Positions 10,366 to 20,737 of a stretch of 35,064 nt of DNA are shown here, one piece after another. The stretch lies in contig JANTFY010000003.1 in the NCBI GenBank assembly GCA_024763185.1, positions 1 to 35,064 of the forward strand. The letters run 5' to 3'. The notes below the pieces were generated by a model. It saw only the letters and a program-made list of their open reading frames with translations, ran no database searches and was not told the origin of the DNA. The stretch comes from Gammaproteobacteria bacterium. Lineage in GTDB: Bacteria > Pseudomonadota > Gammaproteobacteria > GCA-001735895. A program made the position numbers and the translations under genes. Position 1 is the first letter of the stretch; every line of letters begins with the position of its first letter.

Positions 10366-11661
10366 ATGAGTGCACTCAATCTACCTTCAGTACCCCATTT
10401 AATAACCGCCAACGCTCATCCTATTGAAGAAATCGAGCGTCACATCCTGGATCACCAGGACGATATTGAAATCTGGTTAAGACAACAATTTAACAACACT
10501 CCGGCCCCGTTCTATGCCAGCGTGGACCTGAGAAATGCAGGCTTCAAGCTGGCCCCGGTAGACACCAATCTTTTTCCAGCTGGTTTTAATAATTTAAACC
10601 CAGCCTCCAAGCCACTGTGCATCCAGGCCATACAGGTTGCACTCGAACACTTTTGCCCCGAGGCCAAAGGTCTCCTGATCATCCCGGAAAGCCATACGCG
10701 CAACCTTTTTTATCTGGAGAATGTCGCCACCATCCAGGAATACGTCAGCCTGGCCGGTTATCGTTGTTACCTTGGCAGCTTGCGCGATGACATCCAAAGC
10801 GCCAGCACCATTAACCTGCCATCCGGGAGAGAAATCATTCTTCACCCCATCGAAAGGCACGGTGACTACATAAGTATAGGCGACTTTACGCCATGTGCAG
10901 TGTTATTAAACAACGATCTGTCCGGTGGACGTCCGCAAGTTCTTGAAGGCATCAATCAGGCCATCATCCCCCCTCTGGATCTGGGCTGGTCCAATCGTTA
11001 CAAATCCGACCATTTTCAGCTCTATGATGAGGTTGCCAACAGTTTTGCAAACCTTATAGACATAGACCCCTGGTTGATTAATCCGCTGTTCAAAAACTGC
11101 GGCGCGATTGATTTTATGAAACGGGAAGGCGAGGACTGTCTGGCAGAAAATACCGAATCCCTGCTTGCCCGTATCCAGAAAAAATACGATGAATACGGCA
11201 TAGAAGACAAACCTTATATTGTCATCAAGGCCGATCAGGGTACTTATGGCATGGGCGTGATGGTGGCATCCTCGGCCGATGATGTAAGGCAACTGAACCG
11301 CAAACAACGAACCAAAATGTCGGCTTCCAAAGAAGGAGGGGATACTTCAGAGGTGATTCTGCAGGAAGGCGTACCGACCCGTGAGACCTGGGGCGACAAT
11401 AAACTCACGGCGGAACCGGTCGTCTACATGATCGACCATTACGTGGTTGGAGGGTTCTACCGTATGCATTCGAAAAAAAGTGCCACCGACAACCTCAACT
11501 CTCCCGGCATGTCCTTCGAACCCCTGGCGTTTGCCGAAGCCTGTAACACGCCGGACAAACAGCTGGCGGATGATGCCTGCCCCAATCGCTTTTATGCCTA
11601 TGGCGTGATCGGTCGCCTGGCGTTGTTGACAGCAGCGCGGGAAATTAAAGCCGCCAATTAA
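10366..11661 (+). CDS. gshA: Glutamate-cysteine ligase, TIGR02049-type GshA
   Basis: PFYASVDLRNAGFKLAPVDTNLFPAGFNNL, PESHTRNLFYLENV, KADQGTYGMGVM and EPVVYMIDHYVVGGFYR; directly upstream of gshB. Confidence 0.93.
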   Translation: MSALNLPSVPHLITANAHPIEEIERHILDHQDDIEIWLRQQFNNTPAPFYASVDLRNAGFKLAPVDTNLFPAGFNNLNPASKPLCIQAIQVALEHFCPEAKGLLIIPESHTRNLFYLENVATIQEYVSLAGYRCYLGSLRDDIQSASTINLPSGREIILHPIERHGDYISIGDFTPCAVLLNNDLSGGRPQVLEGINQAIIPPLDLGWSNRYKSDHFQLYDEVANSFANLIDIDPWLINPLFKNCGAIDFMKREGEDCLAENTESLLARIQKKYDEYGIEDKPYIVIKADQGTYGMGVMVASSADDVRQLNRKQRTKMSASKEGGDTSEVILQEGVPTRETWGDNKLTAEPVVYMIDHYVVGGFYRMHSKKSATDNLNSPGMSFEPLAFAEACNTPDKQLADDACPNRFYAYGVIGRLALLTAAREIKAAN

Positions 11662-11674
11662 ACGAGCACAGCAA

Positions 11675-12649
11675 ATGACCCAAGCCAGGCAACCTAAACT
11701 GGGCATCATCATGGATGCCATAGAATCCATCAAACCCTATAAAGACAGCAGTTTTGCCATGCTGCTGGAAGCACAAAATAGGGGGTGGACGATTTATTAC
11801 ATGCTTCAGCACGACTTGTATATGGAGAACTCCATCAGTTATGCCGACTGCCAACTGATTAAGGTGACTGACTCAAACCACGATTACTACCAGTTGACCA
11901 CCACCCAGACCATTGCTCTCAGCGATCTTGACGTTATCCTGATGCGCAAGGATCCGCCATTCGATCTGGAATACATCTACACCACTTACCTGCTCGAACA
12001 GGCGGAAGAACAGGGCACACTGGTCGTTAACAAAGCCCAGAGCCTGCGAGACTGTAATGAAAAACTATTCACGCGCGAATTTCCGCAGTGCTGTAGTCCA
12101 ACACGCGTCTCGCGCAAGCCAGCTCGCCTGCATGAGTTTTTATTGCAACACCAGGATATCATTATAAAACCGCTGGACGGCATGGGAGGGCGCTCCATCT
12201 TCCGTATCAAACAGGGCGATCCCAACACCAATGCCATTATTGAATCCGTTACGGAACACGGTAGCAAACAGGTCATGGTTCAGAAATTCATACCCGAAAT
12301 TGAAGCCGGTGATAAACGCATCCTGTTGATAGACGGAAAACCGGTTCCTTATGCACTGGCACGGATTCCGGCAAAAGGGGAAAACCGAGGCAACCTTGCC
12401 GCTGGCGCCACCTCAAAAGGGCAGCCACTGAGCGAAAGAGATTTGTGGATATGCCAGCAGATTGCCCCCAGTCTGCGCCGCAAGGGGCTGTTATTTGTCG
12501 GCATCGATGTGATCGGTGACTACCTGACCGAAATCAACGTCACCAGTCCAACCTGTATTCGCGAACTGGATAACGAATATAATCTCAACATCAGTGCCGA
12601 ATTATTTGACTGTATCGAAAACAGATTGAACAGCGCTAAAGTCGCCTGA
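11675..12649 (+). CDS. gshB: Glutathione synthetase
   Basis: KDSSFAMLLEAQ, LMRKDPPFD, KPLDGMGG, RGNLAAG and EINVTSPTC. Confidence 0.97.
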   Translation: MTQARQPKLGIIMDAIESIKPYKDSSFAMLLEAQNRGWTIYYMLQHDLYMENSISYADCQLIKVTDSNHDYYQLTTTQTIALSDLDVILMRKDPPFDLEYIYTTYLLEQAEEQGTLVVNKAQSLRDCNEKLFTREFPQCCSPTRVSRKPARLHEFLLQHQDIIIKPLDGMGGRSIFRIKQGDPNTNAIIESVTEHGSKQVMVQKFIPEIEAGDKRILLIDGKPVPYALARIPAKGENRGNLAAGATSKGQPLSERDLWICQQIAPSLRRKGLLFVGIDVIGDYLTEINVTSPTCIRELDNEYNLNISAELFDCIENRLNSAKVA

Positions 12650-12713
12650 TACCCTTATCCACAAAATCTACTATATTTAGATCAAACCGACCTTGAATCC
12701 TTCCGATCAAATC

Positions 12714-13610
12714 ATGACAGATGCAAACCAAGCCGCACCCGCTACCCGAAAAATAGCAGCCAGTGATCGCCTCGGATTCACGCTGTTCCTGGCCTTGTCC
12801 GTGCACGTTATTTTCATTCTCGGGGTAGGATTCACCCAGTCCGATGCTAACCAATCCGATTCCACCCCCAGCCTGGAAATTATCCTTGCTAACAGCGAAA
12901 GCCTGGAAGAACCCGATGATCCGGATTACCTGGCGCAGACCAACCAGAAAGGCGGCGGTAACCAGGAAGAAAAAGCCCGTCCCAGCGCCGCCGTATCCGC
13001 AGCTACCCCGTTAGACCAGCAAGGCTTGTCGGATCGTTCGCAAACCCAGAAAACCGCGAACAGGGTTAAAATCGAAAAGATCTACTATATCAACCAAAGG
13101 TCTGCTCAACGCCAGATCGCCAAGGCCAAAATTAACGACAAGGCCACACCTAAAAACAAAAGCCTCGACGACATCCAACAGCAACAACGGGATATCGCCA
13201 GCCTGCGCGCCGAAATCCGCAAAATGACCTCGGCCTACGCCAAACGTCCGCGCGAAATCGTCTTAACTGCCAACACGCGCGAAGCGGTTGAGGCCGGATA
13301 CCTGGCCAGCTGGGTCAATAAAATTGAACACATCGGTAACCTGAATTACCCGGCCGAGGCCGAAGTCAACAAGATCGAAGGCAGCTTACGCCTCAATGTG
13401 CGCATTAACTCAGCCGGACAGGTGATCGATGTCACCGTCACCCATTCATCAGGAAAAACCATACTCGACCAGGCGGCCCGACGCATTGTCAAACTGGCTG
13501 AACCCTTTTCACCCTTTCCCGCCCGCCTAAAAGAAAAAGCGGACCAGATCGTCATCGTGCGGACCTGGGAATTCAATTCCAGCCAGTTCTCCACTCACGG
13601 CAAATCCTGA
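12714..13610 (+). CDS. tonB: TonB family energy transducer (TonB3-like, pilus-associated)
   Basis: N-terminal TM with SxxxH (ALSVH), YLAQTNQKGGGN and a C-terminal TonB domain (IEHIGNLNYP...SSGKTILDQAARRIV...IVRTWEF). Its position between gshB and algH matches Pseudomonas tonB3. Start uncertain (TTG 12693 possible). Confidence 0.88.
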   Translation: MTDANQAAPATRKIAASDRLGFTLFLALSVHVIFILGVGFTQSDANQSDSTPSLEIILANSESLEEPDDPDYLAQTNQKGGGNQEEKARPSAAVSAATPLDQQGLSDRSQTQKTANRVKIEKIYYINQRSAQRQIAKAKINDKATPKNKSLDDIQQQQRDIASLRAEIRKMTSAYAKRPREIVLTANTREAVEAGYLASWVNKIEHIGNLNYPAEAEVNKIEGSLRLNVRINSAGQVIDVTVTHSSGKTILDQAARRIVKLAEPFSPFPARLKEKADQIVIVRTWEFNSSQFSTHGKS

Positions 13611-14176
13611 TGCCCAGCAGCCACGATAACCTGGTAGGACAATACCTGCTGGCCACACCCAGCATTCAGGATCCTCTGTTCGCATCCAGCCTCGTGTTCA
13701 TGTGCGAACACAGCAAGGAAGGCAGCATGGGTGTCGTGGTTAACCATCTCTCTGACCAGACACTGGAAAACATCTTCAACCAACTGGACATTGAATGTGA
13801 ACATCAGGACATACTCGATATCCCCGTTTTTATCGGTGGACCGGTAAAATTACAACAGGGGTTCGTACTGCACAGCGCCCCTACGCAATGGGAAAAAACC
13901 ATCAATATCGGTGAAGGCATTTACCTGACCAGTTCGCGCGATATCCTTGAAGCCATTGCACATAATACCGGGCCGCAGAAATTCATCGTGTTACTGGGTT
14001 TCTCTGGCTGGTCCGCAGGACAACTGGAACAGGAACTGCAGGATAACGCCTGGCTCACCGCGCGCTCGAACCCTGACATTACCTTCAGTGCCGATATCGA
14101 CCACAAATGGCAGATGGCATTTGATACGCTCGGTTTTGATCTCGACTCCCTGTCGCCAATCAGCGGAAATGCATGA
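13610..14176 (+). CDS. yqgE: YqgE/AlgH family protein
   Basis: LLATPSIQDPLFASSLVFMCEH..GSMGVVVN, GGPV, LGFSGWSAGQLEQELQDNAWL and C-terminal SGNA; start overlaps the tonB stop (TGATG). Confidence 0.94.
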   Translation: MPSSHDNLVGQYLLATPSIQDPLFASSLVFMCEHSKEGSMGVVVNHLSDQTLENIFNQLDIECEHQDILDIPVFIGGPVKLQQGFVLHSAPTQWEKTINIGEGIYLTSSRDILEAIAHNTGPQKFIVLLGFSGWSAGQLEQELQDNAWLTARSNPDITFSADIDHKWQMAFDTLGFDLDSLSPISGNA

Positions 14177-14603
14177 ATCCCGCCCTGTCACGGTGCTTGG
14201 TTTTGATTACGGCACCCACTGGATAGGCTGCGCGGTCGGCCAGTCACACACCCGAACCGCTTCGCCGCTGCAACCCGTTAAAGTAATCAGGCAACAACCC
14301 GATTGGGACAAGATTGCACAATATATTAAAGACTGGCGGCCGGACCGACTGATTGTCGGCCTGCCCACCACCATGGCCGGTGAAGAACACGCCATGACAC
14401 AAAAAGCCAGGCGATTCAGAAACCAGCTGCAGGGACGTTTCAATATCAAAACCGAGCTGATTGACGAAAGGCTGACCACGCGCGAGGCCTGGCAAATTGT
14501 CGAGCAAAGCGCCCAGAAACAGCAATCAAAACCGCAGCTAGACTGCATTGCCGCAGTCTTAATCACCGAAACCTGGCTGAATGATCAATCGGGCCAAACC
14601 TGA
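14169..14603 (+). CDS. yqgF: YqgF/RuvX family nuclease (pre-16S rRNA processing)
   Basis: From ATG 14169: MHESRPVTVLGFDYGTHWIGCAVGQ...IVGLP...IDERLTTREA...LDCIAAVLI. The track's 5' extension to 13947 overlaps yqgE and is not used. Confidence 0.93.
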   Translation: MHESRPVTVLGFDYGTHWIGCAVGQSHTRTASPLQPVKVIRQQPDWDKIAQYIKDWRPDRLIVGLPTTMAGEEHAMTQKARRFRNQLQGRFNIKTELIDERLTTREAWQIVEQSAQKQQSKPQLDCIAAVLITETWLNDQSGQT

Positions 14604-14692
14604 TAAATGAAACTGTCCTGTGCCGCGCTGTCGACCCAACAGTAAAAAAACTAGGCAAGGTCGTAAAGATCATTTTGCATCAACGACAAGTA

Positions 14693-14701
14693 TGGTATAA
14701 A
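14693..14701 (+). promoter_or_regulatory. Putative extended -10 promoter for pyrR-pyrB-pyrC'
   Basis: TGgTATAAA about 30 nt before the pyrR start; TTGCAT at 14675-14680 has a suboptimal 15-bp spacing. Confidence 0.4.
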
Positions 14702-14732
14702 GCGCCTAACTTCCAAGCCTGGCTATACACGA

Positions 14733-15233
14733 GTGACCGATTTATCTGTCGAAACACTGATCAACCAACTCACCGAGGCACTGGCTCCTTTATTTTATAC
14801 TGACGATCAACCCATCATCGTGGGCATAGAAACCGGTGGTTACCGCATCGCCCAGGCCCTGCACGAAAAGCTGAGCCCAGATACCGAGCTGGGCAAACTC
14901 AACATTACCTTTTATCGTGATGATTACACCAAGATCGGCCTGCACCCGACGGTAAAACCCTCCAGCCTACCCGGAACCATCGATGGCAAAACCATTGTGC
15001 TGGTGGATGACGTCCTGTATTCAGGGCGCACGATACGCGCCGCGATGAATGAACTGTTTGATTACGGTCGCCCCGAAAAAATCCTGCTCGTCATACTGGT
15101 AGACCGCGGCGGCCGCGAACTGCCTATCCAGGCCGACTTTATCGGTACCCGCCTGCCACTGGAGAACAACCAGCAAATAAAACTGGAAGGAACTGATGAG
15201 CTCAAACTCAGCATTCTGCACACTGACGATTGA
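14733..15233 (+). CDS. pyrR: PyrR family regulator / uracil phosphoribosyltransferase
   Basis: [13 protein letters not shown] loop [27 protein letters not shown] and [17 protein letters not shown]. Confidence 0.94.
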   Translation: MTDLSVETLINQLTEALAPLFYTDDQPIIVGIETGGYRIAQALHEKLSPDTELGKLNITFYRDDYTKIGLHPTVKPSSLPGTIDGKTIVLVDDVLYSGRTIRAAMNELFDYGRPEKILLVILVDRGGRELPIQADFIGTRLPLENNQQIKLEGTDELKLSILHTDD

Positions 15234-16201
15234 TGAAAAACAACAACCTACAACTCAGCAGCGAAGGAAAACTCAAACACTTCCTCAGCATTGAAGGCCT
15301 TAACCATTCCATCCTGAGCGACATTCTCGATACAGCAGAATCCTTTACCTCCGTCACCGAGCGCAGTATCAAAAAGGTGCCCATATTACGTGGCAAAACG
15401 GTTGCCAACCTGTTTTTTGAAGCCAGCACACGAACCCGCTCAACCTTTGAACTGGCCGCCCAACGCCTGTCTGCGGATATACTCAACCTGAATATAGATA
15501 CCTCAGCCGCGGTCAAGGGCGAATCGCTGCTGGATACCCTGCACAATCTTGAAGCGATGCAGATTGACATGTTTGTCATTCGCCATCAGGACAGTGGCAG
15601 CGCACATTTTTTTGCCCAGCACGTGAACCCAGGGGTTAGCGTGTTAAATGCCGGTGACGGTCAACACGCACACCCCACCCAGGCCATGCTTGACATGTTT
15701 ACCATTCGTCGTCACAAACATCAGTTTGAGAACCTGACGGTGGCCATCGTCGGTGACATTAAACACTCACGCGTGGCCCGCTCTCAAATTCATGCGCTTA
15801 ACCTGCTCAATACCGGGCAGGTCAGGGTGGTAGCCCCACCCACGCTGCTACCGGAACAGGCCGAAACGCTCGGCGTACAGGTTTATCACAAGCTCAACAA
15901 GGGGCTCAAGGATGTCGATGTGGTCATCATGTTGAGACTGCAAAAAGAACGCATGACCGGGGCATTGTTACCCAGTGAAAAGGAATACTTTCGCCAGTAC
16001 GGGCTGACCGCAGAACGCTTAAAACTGGCCAAAGCGGATGCCATCGTGATGCATCCCGGGCCTGCCAACCGCGGCATAGAAATCGAATCCTCGGTCATGG
16101 ACGGCAATCAATCTGTCATTTTGCAACAGGTCACCTATGGCATCGCGGTTCGCATGGCCGTGATGTCGATGATCGTCTCCGGTGCGGTTGAATCTTCATG
16201 A
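15233..16201 (+). CDS. pyrB: Aspartate carbamoyltransferase catalytic subunit
   Basis: [37 protein letters not shown] and MHPGPANRG; coupled to pyrR by TGATG. Confidence 0.97.
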   Translation: MKNNNLQLSSEGKLKHFLSIEGLNHSILSDILDTAESFTSVTERSIKKVPILRGKTVANLFFEASTRTRSTFELAAQRLSADILNLNIDTSAAVKGESLLDTLHNLEAMQIDMFVIRHQDSGSAHFFAQHVNPGVSVLNAGDGQHAHPTQAMLDMFTIRRHKHQFENLTVAIVGDIKHSRVARSQIHALNLLNTGQVRVVAPPTLLPEQAETLGVQVYHKLNKGLKDVDVVIMLRLQKERMTGALLPSEKEYFRQYGLTAERLKLAKADAIVMHPGPANRGIEIESSVMDGNQSVILQQVTYGIAVRMAVMSMIVSGAVESS

Positions 16202-17469
16202 AAACACACATAAAAAACGGTCGACTGGTAAACCCTGCCTCACAACGAGATGAAGTCGCTGATATTTTTATCGACAACCAGCTGGTCGTCGCCATTCGCA
16301 CCAAACCCGAAGGCTTTGCAGCCGATCAAACACTCGACGCCACCGACAAACTAATCATTCCCGGCCTGGTGGATGTGCAGTGCCGGGTACGCCAGCCTGG
16401 CTCCACCCAGAAAGCCAATACCAGCACCGAAACCAATGCGGCAGCTCATGGCGGTATCACCAACATTTGCATACCACCCGATGCCAACCCGGTGACCGAT
16501 AATGCGGCGGTGGTGGAATTGATCCATCACAACAACCAAAAAGCCGGCAACCGCTGTCACCTGTATACCATCGGTGCCCTAAGCAAGGGCTTGCAAGGTG
16601 AACAATTAAGCAACATGGGCACCCTTAAGCGCTCGGGCTGTATTGCCCTGAGCAATGCCCTGCACCCTTTTGCCAATAACCTGGTGCAACGCCGCGCCAT
16701 GGAATATGCATCCGGGCAGAACATGCTGGTGGTGATCCAGCCTTATGATCATGCGCTGTATGCCAATGGTTGTGCCCACGAGGGTGCACTCGCCACTCGA
16801 CTGGGACTGCCACCGATCCCGGAGGCTGCAGAAACTGCTGCACTGGCTCGGGACATTGAACTGGTTGCACAAACCGGCGCGAGAACCCATTTCGGACAGT
16901 TATCCTGTGCGCGTTCGGTAGAGAAGATTCGTAAAGCCAAAAAAGACGGCCTGCCGGTCAGTGCGGATGTGGCCATGCATCAGTTATTCCTGACCGAACG
17001 CGATATTAATGACTTTGACACCAATAAACTGACCATACCCCCCCTGCGTAGCGAAACAGATCGTGATGCGCTGCGTGAAGGCATCAGTGACGGCACAATC
17101 GATTGCATCTGTTCAGACCATCAACCGCATGATATTGATGCCAAACTTCAACCTTTTCCATCCGCCGAACCCGGCATCAGCGCGCTGGATGTCTTTTTAC
17201 CGCTGCTGTTTCGACTCATTGATGAAAACATCGTCAGCCTGCAACAGGCTCTGTCTTTAACCACTATAAATCCGGCGAAAATTTTTAAACTGCCCGCTGG
17301 ACAGATCGCTAGCGGAGAGCTGGCTGATCTGGTCATTGTAGACACAATGTGCCATTACCAATGCAATACTGCCGATTTTTATTCTGCCGGCAAAAACAAC
17401 GCGTTCCAGGGTTGGGACTTTTCAGCCCGGGCAGAAACCACCCTGGTTGCAGGCAAACTTATTCAATAA
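16198..17469 (+). CDS. pyrC: Dihydroorotase-like protein, probably catalytically inactive PyrC' (ATCase scaffold)
   Basis: Amidohydrolase fold motifs [17 protein letters not shown] and SDHQPH, but the metal-binding HxH is replaced by QCR; coupled to pyrB by ATGA. Confidence 0.88.
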   Translation: MKTHIKNGRLVNPASQRDEVADIFIDNQLVVAIRTKPEGFAADQTLDATDKLIIPGLVDVQCRVRQPGSTQKANTSTETNAAAHGGITNICIPPDANPVTDNAAVVELIHHNNQKAGNRCHLYTIGALSKGLQGEQLSNMGTLKRSGCIALSNALHPFANNLVQRRAMEYASGQNMLVVIQPYDHALYANGCAHEGALATRLGLPPIPEAAETAALARDIELVAQTGARTHFGQLSCARSVEKIRKAKKDGLPVSADVAMHQLFLTERDINDFDTNKLTIPPLRSETDRDALREGISDGTIDCICSDHQPHDIDAKLQPFPSAEPGISALDVFLPLLFRLIDENIVSLQQALSLTTINPAKIFKLPAGQIASGELADLVIVDTMCHYQCNTADFYSAGKNNAFQGWDFSARAETTLVAGKLIQ

Positions 17470-18354
17470 CTATTCAGAGGTTTTCAGCGACAGCAAAATT
17501 CCGCTGGCTATGGCCAGGGCGCCGATGATGTGGTACCAGAATAATTGTTCACCCAGATAAACGATCGCCATCGCTGTTCCAAGCACCGGCATCAAGTGTA
17601 TAAATTGTCCGGCACTCGCGGCACCCACCAGCTTTACACCCTGATTCCACAGTAAAAATGCCCCGACGGAAGCAAATGCGGCGACATAAAATATGGTCAT
17701 CATGTTTGCAGCATTTAGCTGCAAAACCGGCTCATCAAAAACATTAAACCAATGGAACGGACCCAGGAACAACAGCCCGACAATCATATTGAATAACAGG
17801 AATGCCTGGGCGGAAAGTGCAGTGGGTCGCCAGCGCAAACTGATCGAGTAAACAGCCCACACAAAGGCCGCCGTTAATACCCACAAATCACCCTGGTTAA
17901 AAGACAGCGCCAACAGGTTTTCGAGGCTTCCGCGCATTACCAGCAGCAACACGCCGGCGCTGGAAATCACAATGCCGATCAATTTGATGCCGGAAATGGG
18001 TATACCCGGCTTGATTCGCGCCAGCAGGATAATCAACATCGGAATAAAACTATTGATCAACAAAGCGTTGGTCGCAGTAGACTGTTGCAGCCCCAGGTAA
18101 ACAAAAGTATTAAAGCAACTGACGCTTAACACGGACATAAATACCATGCGCACCAGGTTTTGCCGAATGACGCCCCATTCTGATAGCAGCAAGCGGATAC
18201 TGAAAGGTAAAAACAGCAGCAAGGCGACAGACCAGCGCCAGTAAGCCAGGGTGATGGGGGCGATATCGGATGCCATGGCCCGGCCCAGTACAAAGTTACC
18301 AGACCAGAACAAAGCCGAGCCGCTTAACATCAGGTAGGCCCAGTTTTTTGACAT
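17470..18354 (-). CDS. DMT/EamA family transporter
   Basis: About 10 hydrophobic helices in two EamA repeats (FWSGNFVLGR...PITLAYWRW; GDLWVL; LGEQLFWYHIIG). Confidence 0.9.
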   Translation of the reverse strand: MSKNWAYLMLSGSALFWSGNFVLGRAMASDIAPITLAYWRWSVALLLFLPFSIRLLLSEWGVIRQNLVRMVFMSVLSVSCFNTFVYLGLQQSTATNALLINSFIPMLIILLARIKPGIPISGIKLIGIVISSAGVLLLVMRGSLENLLALSFNQGDLWVLTAAFVWAVYSISLRWRPTALSAQAFLLFNMIVGLLFLGPFHWFNVFDEPVLQLNAANMMTIFYVAAFASVGAFLLWNQGVKLVGAASAGQFIHLMPVLGTAMAIVYLGEQLFWYHIIGALAIASGILLSLKTSE

Positions 18355-18363
18355 GACAGGGAG

Positions 18364-19521
18364 CTAGTTATCCCTGGGCAGCGTCAATTCATCCGGAAAG
18401 GGTTGCTCATTCAGATTGTGCCGACTGTCACCCCGATGTTGCTCACCACCAAAGTTAATCTTCCATTCCAGGTTAGTGCTCGAATCCGCGTAGGCCAGCG
18501 CGCTTTTGATTGAAATCTTGTCGGCCTTGTATAAATCATACAGCGACTGATCGAAGGTCTGCATGCCCACGGTATCACCTTTCTCCATGATCTCCTTGAT
18601 TTCGTTGAAGTTACCTTCACGTAATAACTCGGCAATGTACGGCGTATTCATCATGATTTCGACGGCACAGGCGAGCTTGCCATCCATCGCCGGCACCAGG
18701 CGCTGGGAGATAACCGCTTTCAGGTTCAACGATAAGTCCATCAACAGCTGTTCACGCATATCAACCGGGAACATGTTCATCATCCGGTCCATGGCCTGGT
18801 TGGAGTTAACCGCATGCAGGGTCGTCAGGCACAAATGCCCGGTATCCGCGTAATTGATCGCCGCCTGCATGGTTTCACGGTCACGCGCCTCACCGATCAT
18901 GATCACTTCGGGTGCCTCACGCAAGGCTTCGCGCAGCGCATTTTCATAAGACAAGGTATCGATACCCACCTCGCGTTGCGAAATGACCGATTTATTATGC
19001 TTGAACACAAATTCAATCGGGTCTTCGATAGTCAGTATATGACCACCTTCGATGCCGTTTCGATGATTGATCATGGAAGCCAGCGTGGTCGATTTACCCG
19101 AACCGGTTGACCCCACCACCAGCACCAGGCCGGTTTTTTCCATGACAATTTTCTTCAAGATCTGCGGCAGCAACAATTGATCAATGGTCGGAATCTCCCA
19201 CTTGATGTAACGGATGACCATGGAAACTTCGGAACGCTGAATAAAGATATTAACCCGGAAGCGCCCGACGCCCACCAGGGTAAAGCCCAGGTTCAATTCG
19301 CGGTTGATTTCAAAATCGGTGACCTGCTCATCAGTCAACAGGCTGTAGGCCAGTTTTTGTACCTGCCCCGACTTGAGGGCATTTTTTGCCATGGGTCCGG
19401 TGCGCCCGTCCAGCTTCATATTGGGCGGCGCGCCGGTGACAAAAAACAGGTCAGAGGCCTGTTTTTCCGCCATTATTTTTAAATATGGCTCCAGAAGTTT
19501 GGTAGTGGGTTCACGACTCAT
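18364..19521 (-). CDS. pilU: Second PilU-like type IV pilus retraction ATPase
   Basis: ASDLF, GRFRVN, Walker A GSTGSGKST, TIEDPIE, IGEARD, TGHLCLTTLH, SLNLKAVISQRL and GMQTFDQ; lacks the PilT AIRNLIRE motif. Confidence 0.87.
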   Translation of the reverse strand: MSREPTTKLLEPYLKIMAEKQASDLFFVTGAPPNMKLDGRTGPMAKNALKSGQVQKLAYSLLTDEQVTDFEINRELNLGFTLVGVGRFRVNIFIQRSEVSMVIRYIKWEIPTIDQLLLPQILKKIVMEKTGLVLVVGSTGSGKSTTLASMINHRNGIEGGHILTIEDPIEFVFKHNKSVISQREVGIDTLSYENALREALREAPEVIMIGEARDRETMQAAINYADTGHLCLTTLHAVNSNQAMDRMMNMFPVDMREQLLMDLSLNLKAVISQRLVPAMDGKLACAVEIMMNTPYIAELLREGNFNEIKEIMEKGDTVGMQTFDQSLYDLYKADKISIKSALAYADSSTNLEWKINFGGEQHRGDSRHNLNEQPFPDELTLPRDN

Positions 19522-19523
19522 GC

Positions 19524-20696
19524 TTATATCATTCCACCTGGTCTATCGTCATCAGCTTCTTCCAGTTCAAAATCATCCCGATGGTCTTCCACCAGCCCCG
19601 TTTTTCGTGCCGTATCGCTTTCCAGCTTGATACGCAGACGAATGTCGTTCACCGAGTCGGCGTTACGCAAGGCATCTTCAAAAGTTATCTGGCGCTCTTC
19701 ATAAAGATTGAATAACGCCTGGTCAAAGGTGATCATGCCTTGTTCGTTGGATTTTGCCATCAATCCTTTCATTTCATGCACCTCGCCCTTGAAAATCATA
19801 TCGGCCATCAGTGGCGTATTGAGCATGATCTCGACCGCGGGAATACGACCCACGCCATCGATACGCGGGATCAGGCGTTGCGACACCAGCCCTTTCAGGT
19901 TCAACGACAAATCCATCAATAACTGCTGTCTTCTTTCCTCGGGGAAAAAGTTGATGATTCGATCCAGCGCCTGGTTGGTGCTATTGGCGTGTAACGTGGT
20001 CAGGCAAAGGTGCCCGGTTTCGGCAAAGGCAATGGCGTGTTCCATTGCTTCACGGTCACGCACCTCACCGATCAAAATAACGTCCGGCGCCTGGCGCAGG
20101 GTGTTTTTCAGCGCGATTTCATAGGTATCGGTATCCACCCCCACCTCACGTTGTGTCACCAGGCAGTTTTTATGTTCATGCACAAATTCAACCGGGTCTT
20201 CGATGGTAATAATATGCCCGTAACTGTGACGATTGCGATAATCCACCATCGACGCCAGCGAGGTTGATTTACCGGAGCCGGTGCCACCCACAAAAATAAC
20301 CAGACCGCGTTTGGTCATGGCTATTTCCTGCAGGGTATTGGGAAGATTCAGCTCTTCAAAGCTTGGGATTTCTGAGTTAATGATACGCAGCACCAGGCCG
20401 GTACTGCCACGCTGTACAAAAGCATTGACACGAAAGCGGGCCACACCCGGCAAGGCAATGGAAAAATTACATTCCTGGTTTTCTTCAAACTCAGACACCT
20501 GTTTGTCATTCATGATCGAACGCGCCAACATCTGGGTATGATTGGGCGCCAGGATCTGTTTAGAAACCGTATTGATCTTGCCATCAATCTTCATTGCCGG
20601 TGGAGATCCGGAGGTAATGAACAAATCCGAGCCATCCTTGCTGACCATCATGCGTAACAGGTCATGCATAAACCCGATCGCTTTATTTCTATCCAT
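19524..20696 (-). CDS. pilU: Type IV pilus retraction ATPase PilU
   Basis: GSDLFIT, GGTGSGKST, ALKNTLRQAPDVILIGEVRD, QALDRIINFFPEERRQQLLMDLSLNL and ALRNADSVNDIRLRIKL. Confidence 0.94.
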   Translation of the reverse strand: MDRNKAIGFMHDLLRMMVSKDGSDLFITSGSPPAMKIDGKINTVSKQILAPNHTQMLARSIMNDKQVSEFEENQECNFSIALPGVARFRVNAFVQRGSTGLVLRIINSEIPSFEELNLPNTLQEIAMTKRGLVIFVGGTGSGKSTSLASMVDYRNRHSYGHIITIEDPVEFVHEHKNCLVTQREVGVDTDTYEIALKNTLRQAPDVILIGEVRDREAMEHAIAFAETGHLCLTTLHANSTNQALDRIINFFPEERRQQLLMDLSLNLKGLVSQRLIPRIDGVGRIPAVEIMLNTPLMADMIFKGEVHEMKGLMAKSNEQGMITFDQALFNLYEERQITFEDALRNADSVNDIRLRIKLESDTARKTGLVEDHRDDFELEEADDDRPGGMI

Positions 20697-20737
20697 TTGT
20701 GCTCCTGTTAGTTACGTTCAAGTTTAAATTCAGGTGA

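Noticed and set aside
13947-14168. N-terminal extension of YqgF in the ORF track
   Set aside because: Overlaps yqgE in another frame; family similarity starts at ATG 14169.
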